The position numbers were made by a program, and so were the translations under genes. Below the pieces are notes generated by a model. It ran no database searches. It saw only the letters and a program-made list of their open reading frames with translations, and was not told the origin of the DNA. DNA of 64,000 nt from Oculina patagonica (lineage: Eukaryota), in the NCBI RefSeq assembly GCF_052425735.1, contig NC_135765.1:32736001-32800000 (forward strand). Reading direction: 5' to 3'. Below are positions 25,782-38,797 of this stretch, piece by piece. Each line of letters begins with the position of its first letter. The stretch's first letter is position 1.

Positions 25782-26813
25782 ATGGATCAAACTTGCGGCT
25801 TTAACTCTAATTCTACGTCGAATCTACTGCCTGTTAGCATTTTAAATGCTTTTCTTAGCGTCCTGACAACTCTCGGCAATTCATTGATCCTTTTAGCAAT
25901 TTACAAGACTCCTGGTCTACGAACGAACTCTAATTACTTGATTGCGTCGCTGGCCGTTGCCGATTTCTCCGTGGGTTTAATCATGAACCCGTTATACGCT
26001 GTAAAAGCAGGGATGGCCATTCGGGACAGTTCGCACCCATTGGCCGTGGTTACAGCGGTAATTACTTTGCAAACTCTCACCGCTACAACTTACAGTTTAT
26101 GTGGTGTGAGCATCGATAGATACTTAGCCATCGTGTCGGTTTTTCGGTACGAAATGTATGTGACAACCGAGAGATGTTTACGTTTAATTGCACTGATATG
26201 GATTTGCTCTTTCCTTATACCTCTACCCCGAGTGTTTGTCACGGATCAATTCAACGCGCTTCCCACATTGTGGTTGGTTTCCTATACTATTGTGTTTATC
26301 ATACCGTTATCAGCAATCTCATTTTGTTATTTTCGCATCTACAAAACGGCCAAAGCGCAAGCGCGGAGAATAGCATGTGAACATATTGTGAACCGACGTG
26401 AAGCGATCAAAATACTGAAAAACCGCAAAGCCACATGGACAGCGGCTGCCGTCATCGGAGCATGCTTTTCTTTATGGCTTCCATCTTGCATACTGTCCTT
26501 TGTCCAATCTCTGACGTCAGACGATTGTTTAAAAATCCGTATTGACTACAGCACATGGTTTTGGGTGGATACTCTGGCTTTTGCTAGCTCAGCTGTTAAT
26601 CCTTGGATTTATTTTCTGAGATCAAGAGAATTTAAACAGGCGTTGAAAAGAATCGTCCGAAGTGGCGCGTGTTGGTATTGTAATTGCCAGAGCTTGGGTC
26701 AGAGAGGTGATGACGTCACAGGTACCGAGGAAATTCAAACTAGAGAGAAAGCTAATGATAAGGAACCACAGGCCGCCATGAGATTGCAGAGCTTCTCTTC
26801 CGTGTCAGCGTAG
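25782..26813 (+). CDS. Intronless class A GPCR, 343 aa, paralog of 968-1975
   Basis: First ATG at 25782 (MDQTCG); N-glycosylation sequon NST; GN, LAVAD, SIDRY, WLP, NPWIY, RSREFKQALKR; shares NYxIASLAV, HPLxV, LPxLW, CLKIRI, WFW and SSAVNPWIY with the first GPCR. Confidence 0.93.
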   Translation: MDQTCGFNSNSTSNLLPVSILNAFLSVLTTLGNSLILLAIYKTPGLRTNSNYLIASLAVADFSVGLIMNPLYAVKAGMAIRDSSHPLAVVTAVITLQTLTATTYSLCGVSIDRYLAIVSVFRYEMYVTTERCLRLIALIWICSFLIPLPRVFVTDQFNALPTLWLVSYTIVFIIPLSAISFCYFRIYKTAKAQARRIACEHIVNRREAIKILKNRKATWTAAAVIGACFSLWLPSCILSFVQSLTSDDCLKIRIDYSTWFWVDTLAFASSAVNPWIYFLRSREFKQALKRIVRSGACWYCNCQSLGQRGDDVTGTEEIQTREKANDKEPQAAMRLQSFSSVSA

Positions 26814-28007
26814 TTGAACACCAAACACTTGACACCAGCTTCCTTTCTCTGACGGAAGCCAGAATGCAGTAGAAGAGAGGGACTGGAACAATGTCATGGG
26901 TTTTGCGCCATTCTCTTCATGTTGACGATGTTTATGTAAAATTAGTTTAAACGCCTGATTGAGTTAAAGGGGAAACGGCCAGGCGTCCTGTTCTATGGAC
27001 TCCATTTTTTTGGCTGAGACAAAGATTCCCACACACAAATGACGTGGTGGGTGGTCAGGAAGACGGGTGGTGTTTTAAATACACGGTTGCATCGGTGTCT
27101 CGCAAGAGTATGCCACCAAATCATGAGGGTCTGGACGGTTTGAGGACGGGGTTTGCGCGCCTGGGTTCAACCCCTATAAAGGGCGCGCGGAAGAGAGAGT
27201 TCAGGGACTGGCCGATAGCTAAGAATTGGTCAAAATTTTAACCGTCACCTGAGCAATGACGAATGAATTCTGCATGCAAAAAATATACTGATGGCTGAGA
27301 AATGGGCTGAAATTTTAACTGGCAGCTGAAAAATTTTTTGAACTGACAACTAAAAATTCTAGCATTTTCAACCAGACCGCAACGATACACAGGCCTGTGG
27401 GAGGGGGGGATGTTAAACTTAATGTAGTGCTGACCTACAAACAATGGCCTGCATTCAGTTTCACAGCGGTCAAACGCAAAAATGACGTCACCTCCGGTCT
27501 TCGCCGCCTCGAACTTTTCTAAGAATTTGACTCGAAAGTGGACAAACTTTTGTAAGAAATTGTTAAAGAAATAGTACGGTGAAAGAAAATTTCAAGCTGG
27601 AAAACGCAGTGGAGATGAATTATCAAATTTCCCATCCATAAGCTGCATATAAACCTTAACTTTCCAGGAACGGCGTTAACTTTTGGCTCTAAAGCGAATG
27701 CTTTCGAAAAATTTAAGACTTTGTGTGGAAAATTTTCGCGGGAATTGCACAGGAACTGCGCACGCGCGCAGCGTTTGACCGCTGTGAAGCATTCAGTACA
27801 CTGCTCAAAACCAAAGTGTGTTATCACACCTGTATATGTAGACTACAATGAACCAATGAAGCTTCCAAAAATATATATAATTGATACAATCTTGATGTGT
27901 GTTTCACACAAAAGTAATGGGCAACATTTACTAAACTTTATCTTTTTACACTTAATGAATGTAGAGCTGACCAAATGTCACGGTCCCCATCAGTTTACAA
28001 ATTTCGT

Positions 28008-28434
28008 CACAGGCAGTAGAGGAGTTCGGTTAGAACTGCTCAATAAAATACGTCTTACCTCTTTGAAATGCACTCTTGCGTATATTTTCCCCGTAATCAG
28101 TTCATTATGCGACCCAAAATGCACTCAGTTGCGGCGTTCCAATGCCCGTGCGATCGTTTGGCCGCCATTAATGTATCGACCGCTGACTGATTGGCCTGTG
28201 GTCTCTAAAGGCGGCAACGGAGCGCCACAATCAAATCAGTCAGCGGTCGATACATTTCGAACTAATGGCGGTCAAAACGATCGCACGGCCATTGGAGCAT
28301 TGGAACGCCGCAAATGAGTGCATTTTGGGTCGCATAATGATCTGATTACGGGGAAAATATACGCCACAGTACATTTCAAAGAGGTAAGACGTATTTTATT
28401 GATCAGTTCTAACCGAACTCTTCTGCTCCCTGTG
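28008..28434. mobile_element. Fold-back MITE (CACAG...CTGTG, 2-bp GT duplication; CMC/EnSpm-like)
   Basis: ~185-200 bp inverted arms with ~40 bp spacer; flanked GT|CACAGG ... CCTGTG|GT. Confidence 0.8.
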
Positions 28435-28514
28435 GTTATGTTTTCAATGTTTGTCAGCAGGCTAATTATAAATGTTATTCATTGAGGAATTATTTCAAAG
28501 TAACAAGGATCGGT

Positions 28515-31483
28515 CTATTGGTCTTGTTCTTCATCCTGACTCGGTACTGCTCTGTAGGATGATTTAGATTCGCTGCCATCTTCATTTCGACCTGACCACT
28601 GGAAACCAAAGAATAATAACATAATCAAGGCTAGGAAAGCAGCGAACAATCTGTATGCTGCTCGCATTCCTATGATTCCGATCAGCAAACCACCGAGCAT
28701 TGTTCCGCCTCCGGTACCCACACCAACGAACAGACCATTCAGGATTCCTGGAAAAAGAAAGAGGAAGTGATATAAGTTGTTTGCAATCCATGCTAGAGAT
28801 TTGTGGAGACAGCACTTTTTGATTAGTATGAGGCGAGTAGGTGTCCGGTACATGTTTTGCCAGGCTACTCCCTCCGGATTGGATGCTACTCATTTGCAGG
28901 ATATATAACCTCTTGGGCATTTTTGCTCTCAAGTTGAACCCGCCATATTTTAACTCCTGGGTAGAGAGTGGCACTATGAGAGTAAAGTATCTTGTCCAAG
29001 AACAATGACTTAGGGCTTAAACCCGAGCCTCCTGATCCAGGCCACTATTTACGAGGACCAGATCTCCAAAGTAAAAGCAATTTACTTTAATTTATGAGCG
29101 TAGATACTATTGATTTCCCCTATTAGCATCATATGGATATGTGCTACCCCATATAAAATGGTTTTTATATGATATGTTTAGGTCAAATGATTTTGGCATT
29201 TGGGTCTTAAATTTTGTAATGGTCAACTGACTGGTCCGAAATTGTGTTTGATTTTAAAGAAAACCACGAGAGCCTACTTTTAAAGTATGAAGCCTAACTG
29301 AATTTCCAGAGGGGTTAAGCCTGCGCGGGGGGAGGAGGGGGGGGGGAACTCAAACCAATAAAGCCCTGAAATAATAAAATGTATGGTATCCAGCCCACCA
29401 ATTTGCAATTAAGGGGCATGAATTATTATTTATTACTCAGTTGTCACTTAAACTTTATCCTTTCTAAATGGATGATTATCAAACAGCTTTCATTTACGCA
29501 AGCCGCTAAAATAATAAGGTACTGCTTTACCCTTAACTCGCCAATTATTTGTAGGATAAAAGGGCAACGTATAGACATGGCTTCAAAACCAAAACTGGCA
29601 AGGTAAGGTAAAGCGAAACACCAGCAAGGAAAGGCAGGGTTAAACGAATATTAACATTTCCTTGCCAATATTTCATCCCTGCCTAGCCGATTTTTACTGT
29701 AAGTATTACTGTAGTATTGAGGTTGTCATCTCAACATCATATTATATGAGGAAAAAACCTCTTTTGCGTTTATAAAACACCCGGGGGGGGGGGTGGGCAC
29801 TCAAAAAGTTTTATACGGGGAGGCTCCGCCCCGAGCTCTAACCCCTTACCCTTTTATATATCATTTTGACAGAAATTGTACCCCTTTCGTATATCTTTTA
29901 TTCAAAAAGGTACCCCTTTTATTTACCTGAAAGACATTGCATAGACTTAGAACACGACGTTCTCTTGTCATTTTCATGTAGCGCTTAATAAATTGAATCT
30001 GTTCGAAATATTTTTATTAAAGGCCCTTTTAAAAACCTAAATGACAGATTTGCATACCCTTTCGTATACCTAAACTTGTGAAATCCCTACCCTTTTATAT
30101 ACCTGAAGCCTGAAAAAGGTACCCCTTTCAGGCGGAGACTCCCCGCATTTATAGGGAGTACCCCCCGGGATAAAACAAAGAAGTATTATCACCTTGTGAT
30201 GCAGCTCCCAGACCAATAGGTGACGCAATTGAACCAACATATGCCACACACGCGGTCCAGAAGACGGCGAAAACTCCTCCAATGATAACATAAAATACAA
30301 TCGCGACCCATGGGCTCTGAGCAAAGGAGAAGCCAACGAACAGTGCTATATATAATGCAAGTCCTGCAGCGATTGTAACAGCGTAGCCAAGGCGCTCCAG
30401 GATATAGTTCGCGACGAAGAACGACAGCGCGCTGCAAACGAAGTGTAATGCTGCCGCCAGACCGACCTCGAAAGAGGTCGCTTTGAGATCGTCGAGAAAC
30501 CACGAGTTAAAATCAGACTGAAATCCATCGCTTATTCCAAGAGAAATCGCTGCAAACCAGAAGGAGATTTTTACACGAGAATTAAACAGGTCCTTGATCC
30601 CGGATAGTTTAGATTCTTTTGGTCCGTCACAGTACACGATTTTCACAAAGAAGAGGAAGACAATTGTGATCACCATAAAGGCAGCGAAGAAGTAGAATGC
30701 AATAGAATAATTTTTGTGTATCTCGCCGCAGTATTGGCGTGTGTGATGATTAATAACCAGGCCGACGATTAAACTAGTTAACACCATTCCTACAGAACCC
30801 CATAAACGTACGCGACCGTACGATTTCCTCTCATCGCCAAGAAAGTCCACAGTGCACCCATCCAAGAGTGGGTGAAGAATCGAGCCAAACAGCTCTCCAA
30901 CAATAACGAGAACAAGAAGGATGTAAAATATATCCAAAAGCTCGCCATTGTCCACTTGAATGAAATATTTTTCTTTGTTTGGAGTGCTTATGGACGCCGC
31001 TAAAACAGTTTCAACAGTAGTGTTTATGTTGATGGTTTTCTCTTGTGGATCAACCAAACTGTTCCTTTTGACAATGTGGGATTCATTGCCAACTGTAACA
31101 ACACAAACTTGGTGAGTCGGGCGAAAGACTAGAATTAACATATTCTTAATAAGCCAAGCACTTGCACCGAGAAGAAGTATGGCTTTCCTTCGTTTGTACC
31201 TGTCAGCGAGGATGCCCCAAAATGGCGCCCCTATTGCTTGGCATAGTGGACGTATTCCAACAAGAAGCCCTGTTTGAGCGGCGGATAAACCTAACTGCTT
31301 GAAATACAACGGGATGAAAGTCATCAAACAACCGAACGCGCCATAAGATGCGAAGAACAACATCTTGTAGTGAAACAACTGGACCGTACATCCAAACATT
31401 TTGAAACGTTCGAGAAAGCTTGACTTTCCGTTCTTTTCCTCAGAGCTTGTTCCTTTCTGGGCGTTTTCTTCCATTTTGGTCAC
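28515..31483 (-). CDS. Major facilitator superfamily transporter, MFSD6-like, 507 aa; exons 31483-30193, 28747-28515
   Basis: MFS motif WGILADRYKRRK, YGRVRLWGSVG, ~12 TM segments; phase-1 splice CAAG|GTGATA ... TTTTTCCAG|GA rebuilds SQGILNGLFVGVGTGGG. Confidence 0.9.
28850..29045 (-). mobile_element. Degenerate CORE/MIR-like SINE (related relics at ~54630-54810 and ~61000-61150)
   Basis: TGGGTAGAGAGTGGCACTATGAGAGTAAAGTATCTTGTCCAAGAAC...AAACCCG resembles the reverse complement of a CORE domain plus B box. Confidence 0.55.
29780..30168. mobile_element. MITE with CCCGGGGG...CCCCCGGG termini in the MFSD6-like intron (related partial copy ~5180-5475)
   Basis: Terminal inverted repeats CCCGGGGGGG..ACTC / GAGTACCCCCCGGG; internal repeated ACCCCTTT(C/T)(G/A)TATA motifs; CTAAATGACAG and AAGCCTGAAAAAGG shared with 5330-5420. 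Confidence 0.7.
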
Positions 31484-32513
31484 TGTATTTTATGTTCCCT
31501 CGCTGGCTAATCTTACTGGTGTTCTGTTATTACTTCTCAACTTCAGCTGACAGACGTGTAAATACGAGAAAATTATGTAAACGAAATATAAAAGATATGC
31601 TAATTTACCTGTCATTTATACAATCATTAGAACTTCTTTTTGAATAAATTTCAATGTGAAATATCAAATGTATATTCACGGTGCTCTGGTGGGGATTTCT
31701 TGTCTAGGAAAGTATGTTATCGTATTTAATATTAATTTAGGGTTAAGAAAGATTAAAAGACTACAGATTTATTCAATCTATAGAGCGTTGTTGGCTATGA
31801 ATTAAACAGTAAACAGTTGGTTGATAAATCAAATTCTTTATTCAGATATTCAGGTAAGAATTGGCCATTGACAAGATATGTCAGTGCTCTCTGTCCATTG
31901 GTAGATTCAACTGGTTGTATAATAAATAAGTTTGCTTATTTACCTCGTGAGAAATAGGTCAGCTGATCCATTGTTAGGCGGTTATTAAAAGCGGTGAACA
32001 GCAAATGCGAATGTGTAAACGATAAATCGATGTAGTTTTTTAGCCCTATTGGGTGGTTGTTTTGAAAATGAAACTGATCTGGGAAGCCAATCTTCGTTTT
32101 TTGCCAAAATACACCATAATGATCGAATATGACCAACGCTTAATTTTTTTAATTTTTAAATGGTCACTTAGTCACAAAGGTTACCATAGCAACGATAGTC
32201 GTTTTCTTTTGTTTTTAAACAAGCCTGATTTCTCGAAATCTAGATTGACTCTTGGTATTCATTCACTATGAAAATGGTCTACATTTTGTTAAAAATTTTA
32301 TTGCAAACATTTCACTCGGAATGTAAAAAGAATTAAATTTAGCATTTATGGTTCAGTGTACAGTAGTAAAACCTTTTAATACATTTACCGGTAAAAGTGT
32401 CACAGTTCAAAATGTTAGCAGAAAATCGCTGACAAAGCAATGGGAATACTTTAGACTTAGAGCAGAAGAAACTGAACCTTCTAACAACAATCCTCTGAAA
32501 TTACATTGACCAT

Positions 32514-32657
32514 GAACAAATGAAAAAAACAGAAAGGCTGACCGTACGGTAGAGGGATTGAACTTGTATATTTTCGTGCCTGACGAAACATTGGAAGAAA
32601 ATATACAAGTTCAATCACTCTACCGTACGGTCAGCCTTTCTGTTTTTTAAATTGTTC
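32514..32657. repeat. Near-perfect ~60-bp-arm hairpin (small MITE or hairpin RNA)
   Basis: AAAAAACAGAAAGGCTGACCGTACGGTAGAG(G)GATTGAACTTGTATATTTTC pairs with its reverse complement across a ~21-nt loop. Confidence 0.85.
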
Positions 32658-32759
32658 GTATTTATACAATTTGCTGATCAGATCCACTAGGATCCGGTTC
32701 TTTGTATAGTCCGTTGGCCCTTTCTCAAGTTAAAAGTGTACATTAATTGATCATGTTCT

Positions 32760-33718
32760 TTAGTAGTCGCCAGTTTTCCTGATGGTGACTTCAATATACT
32801 TGATACCAACTCTTTCTTTTTTGCTACTTTTATAAACCTCAAGAGTAAGACCTTTGCTAAGCAACAGTCGCTTACTGTACTTGGCCGTCTTAATGAAGCC
32901 ATGCGCAGTGACGCACGAGCCCCATGGCTTATCCAGCTTAATAATGAAGACGAACTGTTCAGGATAGGAGCTTGTACTTGGATTAGGAGCATCCTTATCA
33001 AGAGCATATCTGTCAGTCACAGTTTTCCCAGACGTGCCGTTAAAGCCATAACAGGGATAATTAGTGCGATAACTCCATTTATCAACCGTTTCAAAGCCAA
33101 TGAAGTTGGTTCCGTCCGACACTCCATATCTGATATCACTGTCGCTCGCTTGTCCGATGCTGACGTCATTTGCTACTGTTATTTCAACGGTCAGCGGAAT
33201 TCCATCTGCCAAGACACCATTGGCCACCAAGGGAACTTTTAGCAGGGCCGCATTGGCGTTTGAGCCTGCGTTGAACGTTATCTGCTCAGCGAGTGTGGAA
33301 CGATTGCTAAAGAGGTAAGACGCATGTGATTCGAGCCACAAGGGTGTCATGTAAAACTCTTTAAATGTCGCCTGTTTGTAATAAATAAAGCAGTGATGTT
33401 ATGTTCTTTTATGTGTTGTTTATCGATGGTTCTCTTAGACAATGGATCGGACCATATTCGTATTCTCGGTATTGGACTGGAACTAGCTTGCAGTGGAGGC
33501 TGATGCGGGGGAATATAATTAAAAAGAGCTTCATGTCATTTTTGAAAAGATTACCCTCCATTGCAAGCTAGTTCCAGTACAATACCGAGAAAACGAATAT
33601 GGTCTATTGAGTCATTTCTTAGCAATAATTTTATGCAAGATATCAAACTTCAGTTACAAGACGTACAAGGTTCAAGACCGCAAAGCACACTTTCGGTTTG
33701 AGTAAAGTTAATTGACAC

Positions 33719-33756
<38 letters not shown>

Positions 33757-34360
33757 TAATAAATCAATCAATCTTTATATCGAGGGTGACACGTAATAGT
33801 CTTTCAACTAATAAATTTGTGGCTTTCTTAAACATAATAATAGTTAAAAATCTAGTATAAACAATAATCTAATTAATTATATATTAATATTGATTTTATT
33901 TGAAGTCGACCAGTACTATATATAGCAATACATAGCAAATGTTTATAAAAATGGACCATTATTTTTAGGTAAAGTTTTCTACGATACAACAATTTATATT
34001 AAGCTAGTTAAGCAACAGACAATTCCACACTATTCTGCCGTGGTTTACGTTTTATACCTTATAAGGGTAGTCGCTGTACGCATGCCCTTCTCTAGATTCA
34101 TAATCCCATGTGTGCGTGTACCTATCAGCGTCGTTCAGCTCGCAAATCAAATCTTTAAACCGGAAGTTGATGCTTTTACATCGCGGATCGTCGGAACATT
34201 TGACCAAGCAGTCACCCAAACCATCTGAACTTCCACTTGAAATCACGTGAGCAGACAGGTACTTTCCTGTTATAGACCGTACTGCTTTGCTACATTGTTG
34301 AGACGCGACTGATGTAATAGATATCACAAGCAAGCACATTAATCCTACCAATTCGGTCAT
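32760..34360 (-). CDS. Secreted PAN/Apple + unassigned ~200-aa domain protein, copy A, 304 aa; exons 34360-34058, 33371-32760
   Basis: Signal peptide MTELVGLMCLLVISITSVAS; PAN pattern C-x3-C...RCKSINF...CELN; phase-0 splice AAG|GTATA ... AAACAG|GCG in frame with MTPLWLE. Confidence 0.88.
33450..33608. mobile_element. Palindromic MITE in intron of copy A
   Basis: GACCATATTCGTATTCTCGGTATTGGACTGGAACTAGCTTGCAGTGGAGG pairs with CCTCCATTGCAAGCTAGTTCCAGTACAATACCGAGAAAACGAATATGGTC. Confidence 0.75.
33720..33772. repeat. (CAAT)n microsatellite, probable retroelement tail
   Basis: About 12 imperfect CAAT units; same motif as the tail at 16449-16516. Confidence 0.8.
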
Positions 34361-37300
34361 GTCTAAGAATTACCTGACAAAAAATAGGCAAACAAATTTA
34401 ACCTTTGGATGCAGGCGCTTGTGTATTATGTTTCTGTTTCCCCACTAAAATGCTCTATCTTTATGCTTCATTTTTCCCACTAGAATGCTCAGTCTCCTCC
34501 AAAAAAGTCACTAATATAAAATTGTTTGAATAATGTTCGTTATACAGAGGCTTTTTTTTTAAATAATTCCAAATTTTTAACAGGGTATTAACACTAACAT
34601 ATATGTATTAACAAACATGTTTGCTTTTGACTTTTGAAGCCTAAAACTGCTGACTTCTCCTCAGGCTTCACTTAGCTGGTCGTAGTTTTGCATTTGACTG
34701 TTATTTTCTCTAAAACAAAGTCAATTTTCCGGAAAAATGCCACTAAAATGCTTGAATAATGCATAATGCTTTTGCCTCACTCAAATGCTTGGGTAAATGG
34801 TCTTCGAGTTTTTTTTTCACAGTTTTGAGAAGGTGATTTACTCTGCGATACGGAAACTTTCGGTAGTTGTTTATTCATTCCTCGCGGAAGTTTTAATGTA
34901 TGAATTGTGTGTCGTTGATTTTTGACGTTGCCATTACATGAAGGTTTTGCAAATATCGTCTCTCTTAACAAGGTAACTTCAGCTTTAGACATGTAAATAA
35001 GATAAGATATGTGTTTCTGAACACATTAAAGAAACTGAACAAACTTAAGACAAGCTGTAAATGTAGCTATTGTTTATCTTAGACCCACTTATATTCTTAT
35101 ATTTTTATCTTTTTATCCTTGTGCGTTTTTTTCCTATATTCCTTATCACTTGATCCTTTGATTTAAACTTATTATACAGTATGGGGTAAGGGAAGGGGGG
35201 TTGTGTTAGTTTTGTCCTTTTTATCATTCAATTTTTAATGGGTGGGATAAATTTTATATACTTTTAATAGCATATACTTTAGTGTATTTTTATTTGAAGT
35301 CCTACGTTTTATACATGAGCCTCTGGCTTGGACATTAAGGGAGATCTCGTCCCACGTATGGACATTAAAATTGTATCGTATTGTTATTGTATTACTCTTG
35401 TCACTTGTTTTAACATCGTTTCTAATTTTCAAAGTTGTTTTCTTTACCTTTTGTTTGTGGGATTTTCCTATAGATAAAAATACGTGGGCTCGTGTGTGAA
35501 TTTCTGCAGCTGCTCACCAAATTCGTATTCTTCAGGTTTTTCTGCACATCACGTTTTAATTACATTAATTTTCATTCTCTTTCGCAAAACTACCTAAATA
35601 CTGAGATCGATTCTTGATCTTTTAAACCAAGTAAAACTAAAATAAAAACACACGAGGCAGTGTACTATATACAGATGTAAACGAATTGAGTATTCTAGAC
35701 ATCACCAGACCAGATCTAGATATAACCAGGTGATAACAGGGTTATTACATTGACGGGAAGTCGGATAAATATGGTGGAAAATTAATTGTTTAATTAACGA
35801 TGACATTTTCAATTTTATATTTACGTTTAATATTTTCATTTTGCACATTATGTCAGCTTGAAATTTTAAGCTTAAAATTTTAAATAACCAGCTTCAAAAT
35901 GTCACCTCGTTGAAGTTGTGCTTCCTGGCGAACAAAGTTTTGATTTAAAGTCTCGGAACTGTTCTGTATGCTCAGCACGTGTTGCAAGAAATGGTGTGCC
36001 GTTTTGATATTTTCAGTTGTCTCATTCCTCCTTATTTGTTATTTAAGCCAAAAAGTAAAAGAAAGTACACCAATGAAATTAATTAAATGTTTTCTTTTTG
36101 ATTATTCAAAGCTAAGGCCTATATTTTTTAACATCGAAGAGAGTCAATAAGTACAACGGACATATAATTTATTAAGAGGGCAAAAGACCGTCTGCGGCTT
36201 CTATAGCGTTTCCTTTTTAGAGCTTAAAGTCGTATATGCAGTGGATTTTTGATTTCTCAAACTAAACCGAAAGTCGCTTGTTTCTCTAAGATTTGTTCTA
36301 TACTTAAGACACTAAAGTATATCAAGTCTGCAAGAGTAATATTTAAACCCCAATTTATCGTACAAAAAGGTTGAACGTAATCGACAATTGAAAATTTTGA
36401 AAAGACTGAAAAAAAAAATGAATCCCCCATTCTCCTTCCATTAAGTTGAAATCGTCCTTCGTCAAACTATTTTTCTACTTACCCTTAGCTACTGAGAGCT
36501 CGAGAGGCCATGCTTCTGCCGTCCTTATCTTAAAACTGAAGAAAAACAACTTTGCTGCCCTTATGTATATTTAAGGATAATTATTTCAAGGCTTTAAGAC
36601 GTGGTTGAATCTCATCTTAGTGACGTTTGATATTACTGTCATTATGTTTCCGTTTATAATGTTTACGAGGTGAAATTTGCTTTACACATATGGCTTTGCA
36701 TAATGTCGGTGAAGTTTGAGCGCGCAAAAAATCTATAAGGTAACGATGTAACTTTCGTTGTAGATCTTATGATGTTATTAAATTAATAGATAACTGGCTA
36801 TGATAACCTGCGATCAGGCATTCTTTTTTTCGCGGCGGAAGGAAAAAAAACGCCTGAGAACAGGTTAGCGCGCAGACGTCTCTCCAATGAGGAGGCGGTT
36901 GCACTCAGGCTATTATTAGAGCTTTTAATTACAGAGTTTGAGTGGCAGTTGAAACGGGGTTTTTCAATGGTGGTATTACAAGGAATAAATCTTCGTACGC
37001 TTCCTGGCACTTGTTTGTTGAAGTAATTGAGGAAAAGCGTTTTTTTAAGTGCCAAGTTCAAATTTAAATTTAAACTTTTATCCAAAAATGAAGGGTAAAA
37101 CCCGAAACGGTTGCAGCGGATTTGAATTCGAATTTGAACTTGGCACTTTTAAAACAACACTTTTCCTCAATTATTCACATGGTCTAACGTTACTATAACT
37201 GTGGGCTCTCTCTAATCGGAGAGATAGGAGAGCTTTCAAAATAAACGGAAAGTCTATAAAATGGTTATTTAACCCGTAAGGTTTTTCGAAATTTTGAAAA

Positions 37301-38797
37301 AAAAGATTTACTCTACAAAGCTGAAACTTAGCTGTTCATCCGTCCCTTGTTTGACATTTGACGTTGCCATGGAAACGAAACACAAAAGCACGATTTGTTT
37401 ATTTTAACATTCCACGTGCATTCTGTTTTGATTTTGCATCAGATTCCGTTATTTTGTGACTTTCTAAGGAAATGTTGAAATCCAAGATGGCGGCTCTATG
37501 ACGTCACAGCCAATTAAAATAAGGTCATCTTGTAGAGTAAGCTACGGGCTTTCTACTCAGTGCAAAATAATTTCGCTGCGCCTTAATTGAACGAAAACTT
37601 CGGGGAGGGGTTCAAGTCCCGGCGATCTTTTTACCCTTGGAAACTTTAAAGCTGTATTACAATAAGCAACTGCGCAAAATGACTTAAAATTTGTAAAAAA
37701 AAAAAGAAGTCAGTTATAATTACAGCTGTTTGCTTGACAGGTTTCCTCGCTTCTCCATTTCCTTTGACATCAAATTCGGAGGCACTAGCAGTTATTTTCA
37801 GCATTATCATATAAACATATTACTCTAGTAGAAAAATCTTTTAAAACATCGTTTTGCAAAGGACTCTGATATCGTTTTACAGGCGTACTTTAACAACATG
37901 CAAACGAGAGCGAAGAAGAACAGCAAAGTGAGACTTCCTTTTAGTTTTTATACCTTGTTTCCTCTTTCTTCTTTGAATCAATATAATTAGTCGCCGTAGA
38001 AAACAAATTGTAGATGCTAATGCGATAAAATATTATGGAATTACAGATATACATTATGCGATTTGTGGTAAATTTTTCCCGCTTTATTATGTCAATAGCA
38101 ACAAGACTCACGAATATGAAGGTCTTATTTTTAAGTATTAATAATAAAACCTACTGACATTTACGTACCTGAACTTTAGCGGCTATTTTATTAACAAAAT
38201 GTGCTGGTCGGTCAAGATCTTGTTTTGAGGAGTGTGGATCGCTCCGCGGTACGAATACATTCATTAAAGCTTGCAGCAGCTACTACCTTATATAATAAGC
38301 TATTTTCGGAATTTAACTTAAACGTTGAATGCCGACATTCTGTCAGAAAGCTGACAAAAAACCTTAATGGACTAAAAATATTAATATTAATTTTAGTTGT
38401 TCTGTCATCGGGTTAAACTAATAAGGCGTCAGCCTAAAAAAATAGTCGCGATAACGTACCAGCACCTGTAACACTGAAAAAGCGCCCTTAAGTGAGGGTG
38501 AGAGTTTTCTTTTTTAGGCAATCACGTTTTTCTGGATTTCCCTTTCACATTACTTGCAAATGAGCAAGGACGCTACGAAGATGTGTTTTGCGTTTAGGCT
38601 CCACTGCATTACCATATGTCGAGTCTTGTCAGGTGCTAGTTCTATAGTTTTAATAAAAAAAAAAATGCTTCCCCAAACCGTTTTATCTAATTTCCTTTTT
38701 ACAGTAATTGAGAAAATTCTCGCGCGTATGCGACCAAAGAGTAAAAAGAAACTGACACTTCTAACTGATCAATCCTCAATGTACAGTTGCCACCAGT

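Noticed and set aside
27721-28317. 198-aa ORF
   Set aside because: Non-ATG start, runs through a fold-back MITE, no protein-like features.
30149-30192. C-terminus DNTSLFYPGGYSL of the 444-aa MFS ORF
   Set aside because: Read-through into intron and MITE; the real C-terminus is the exon at 28747-28515.
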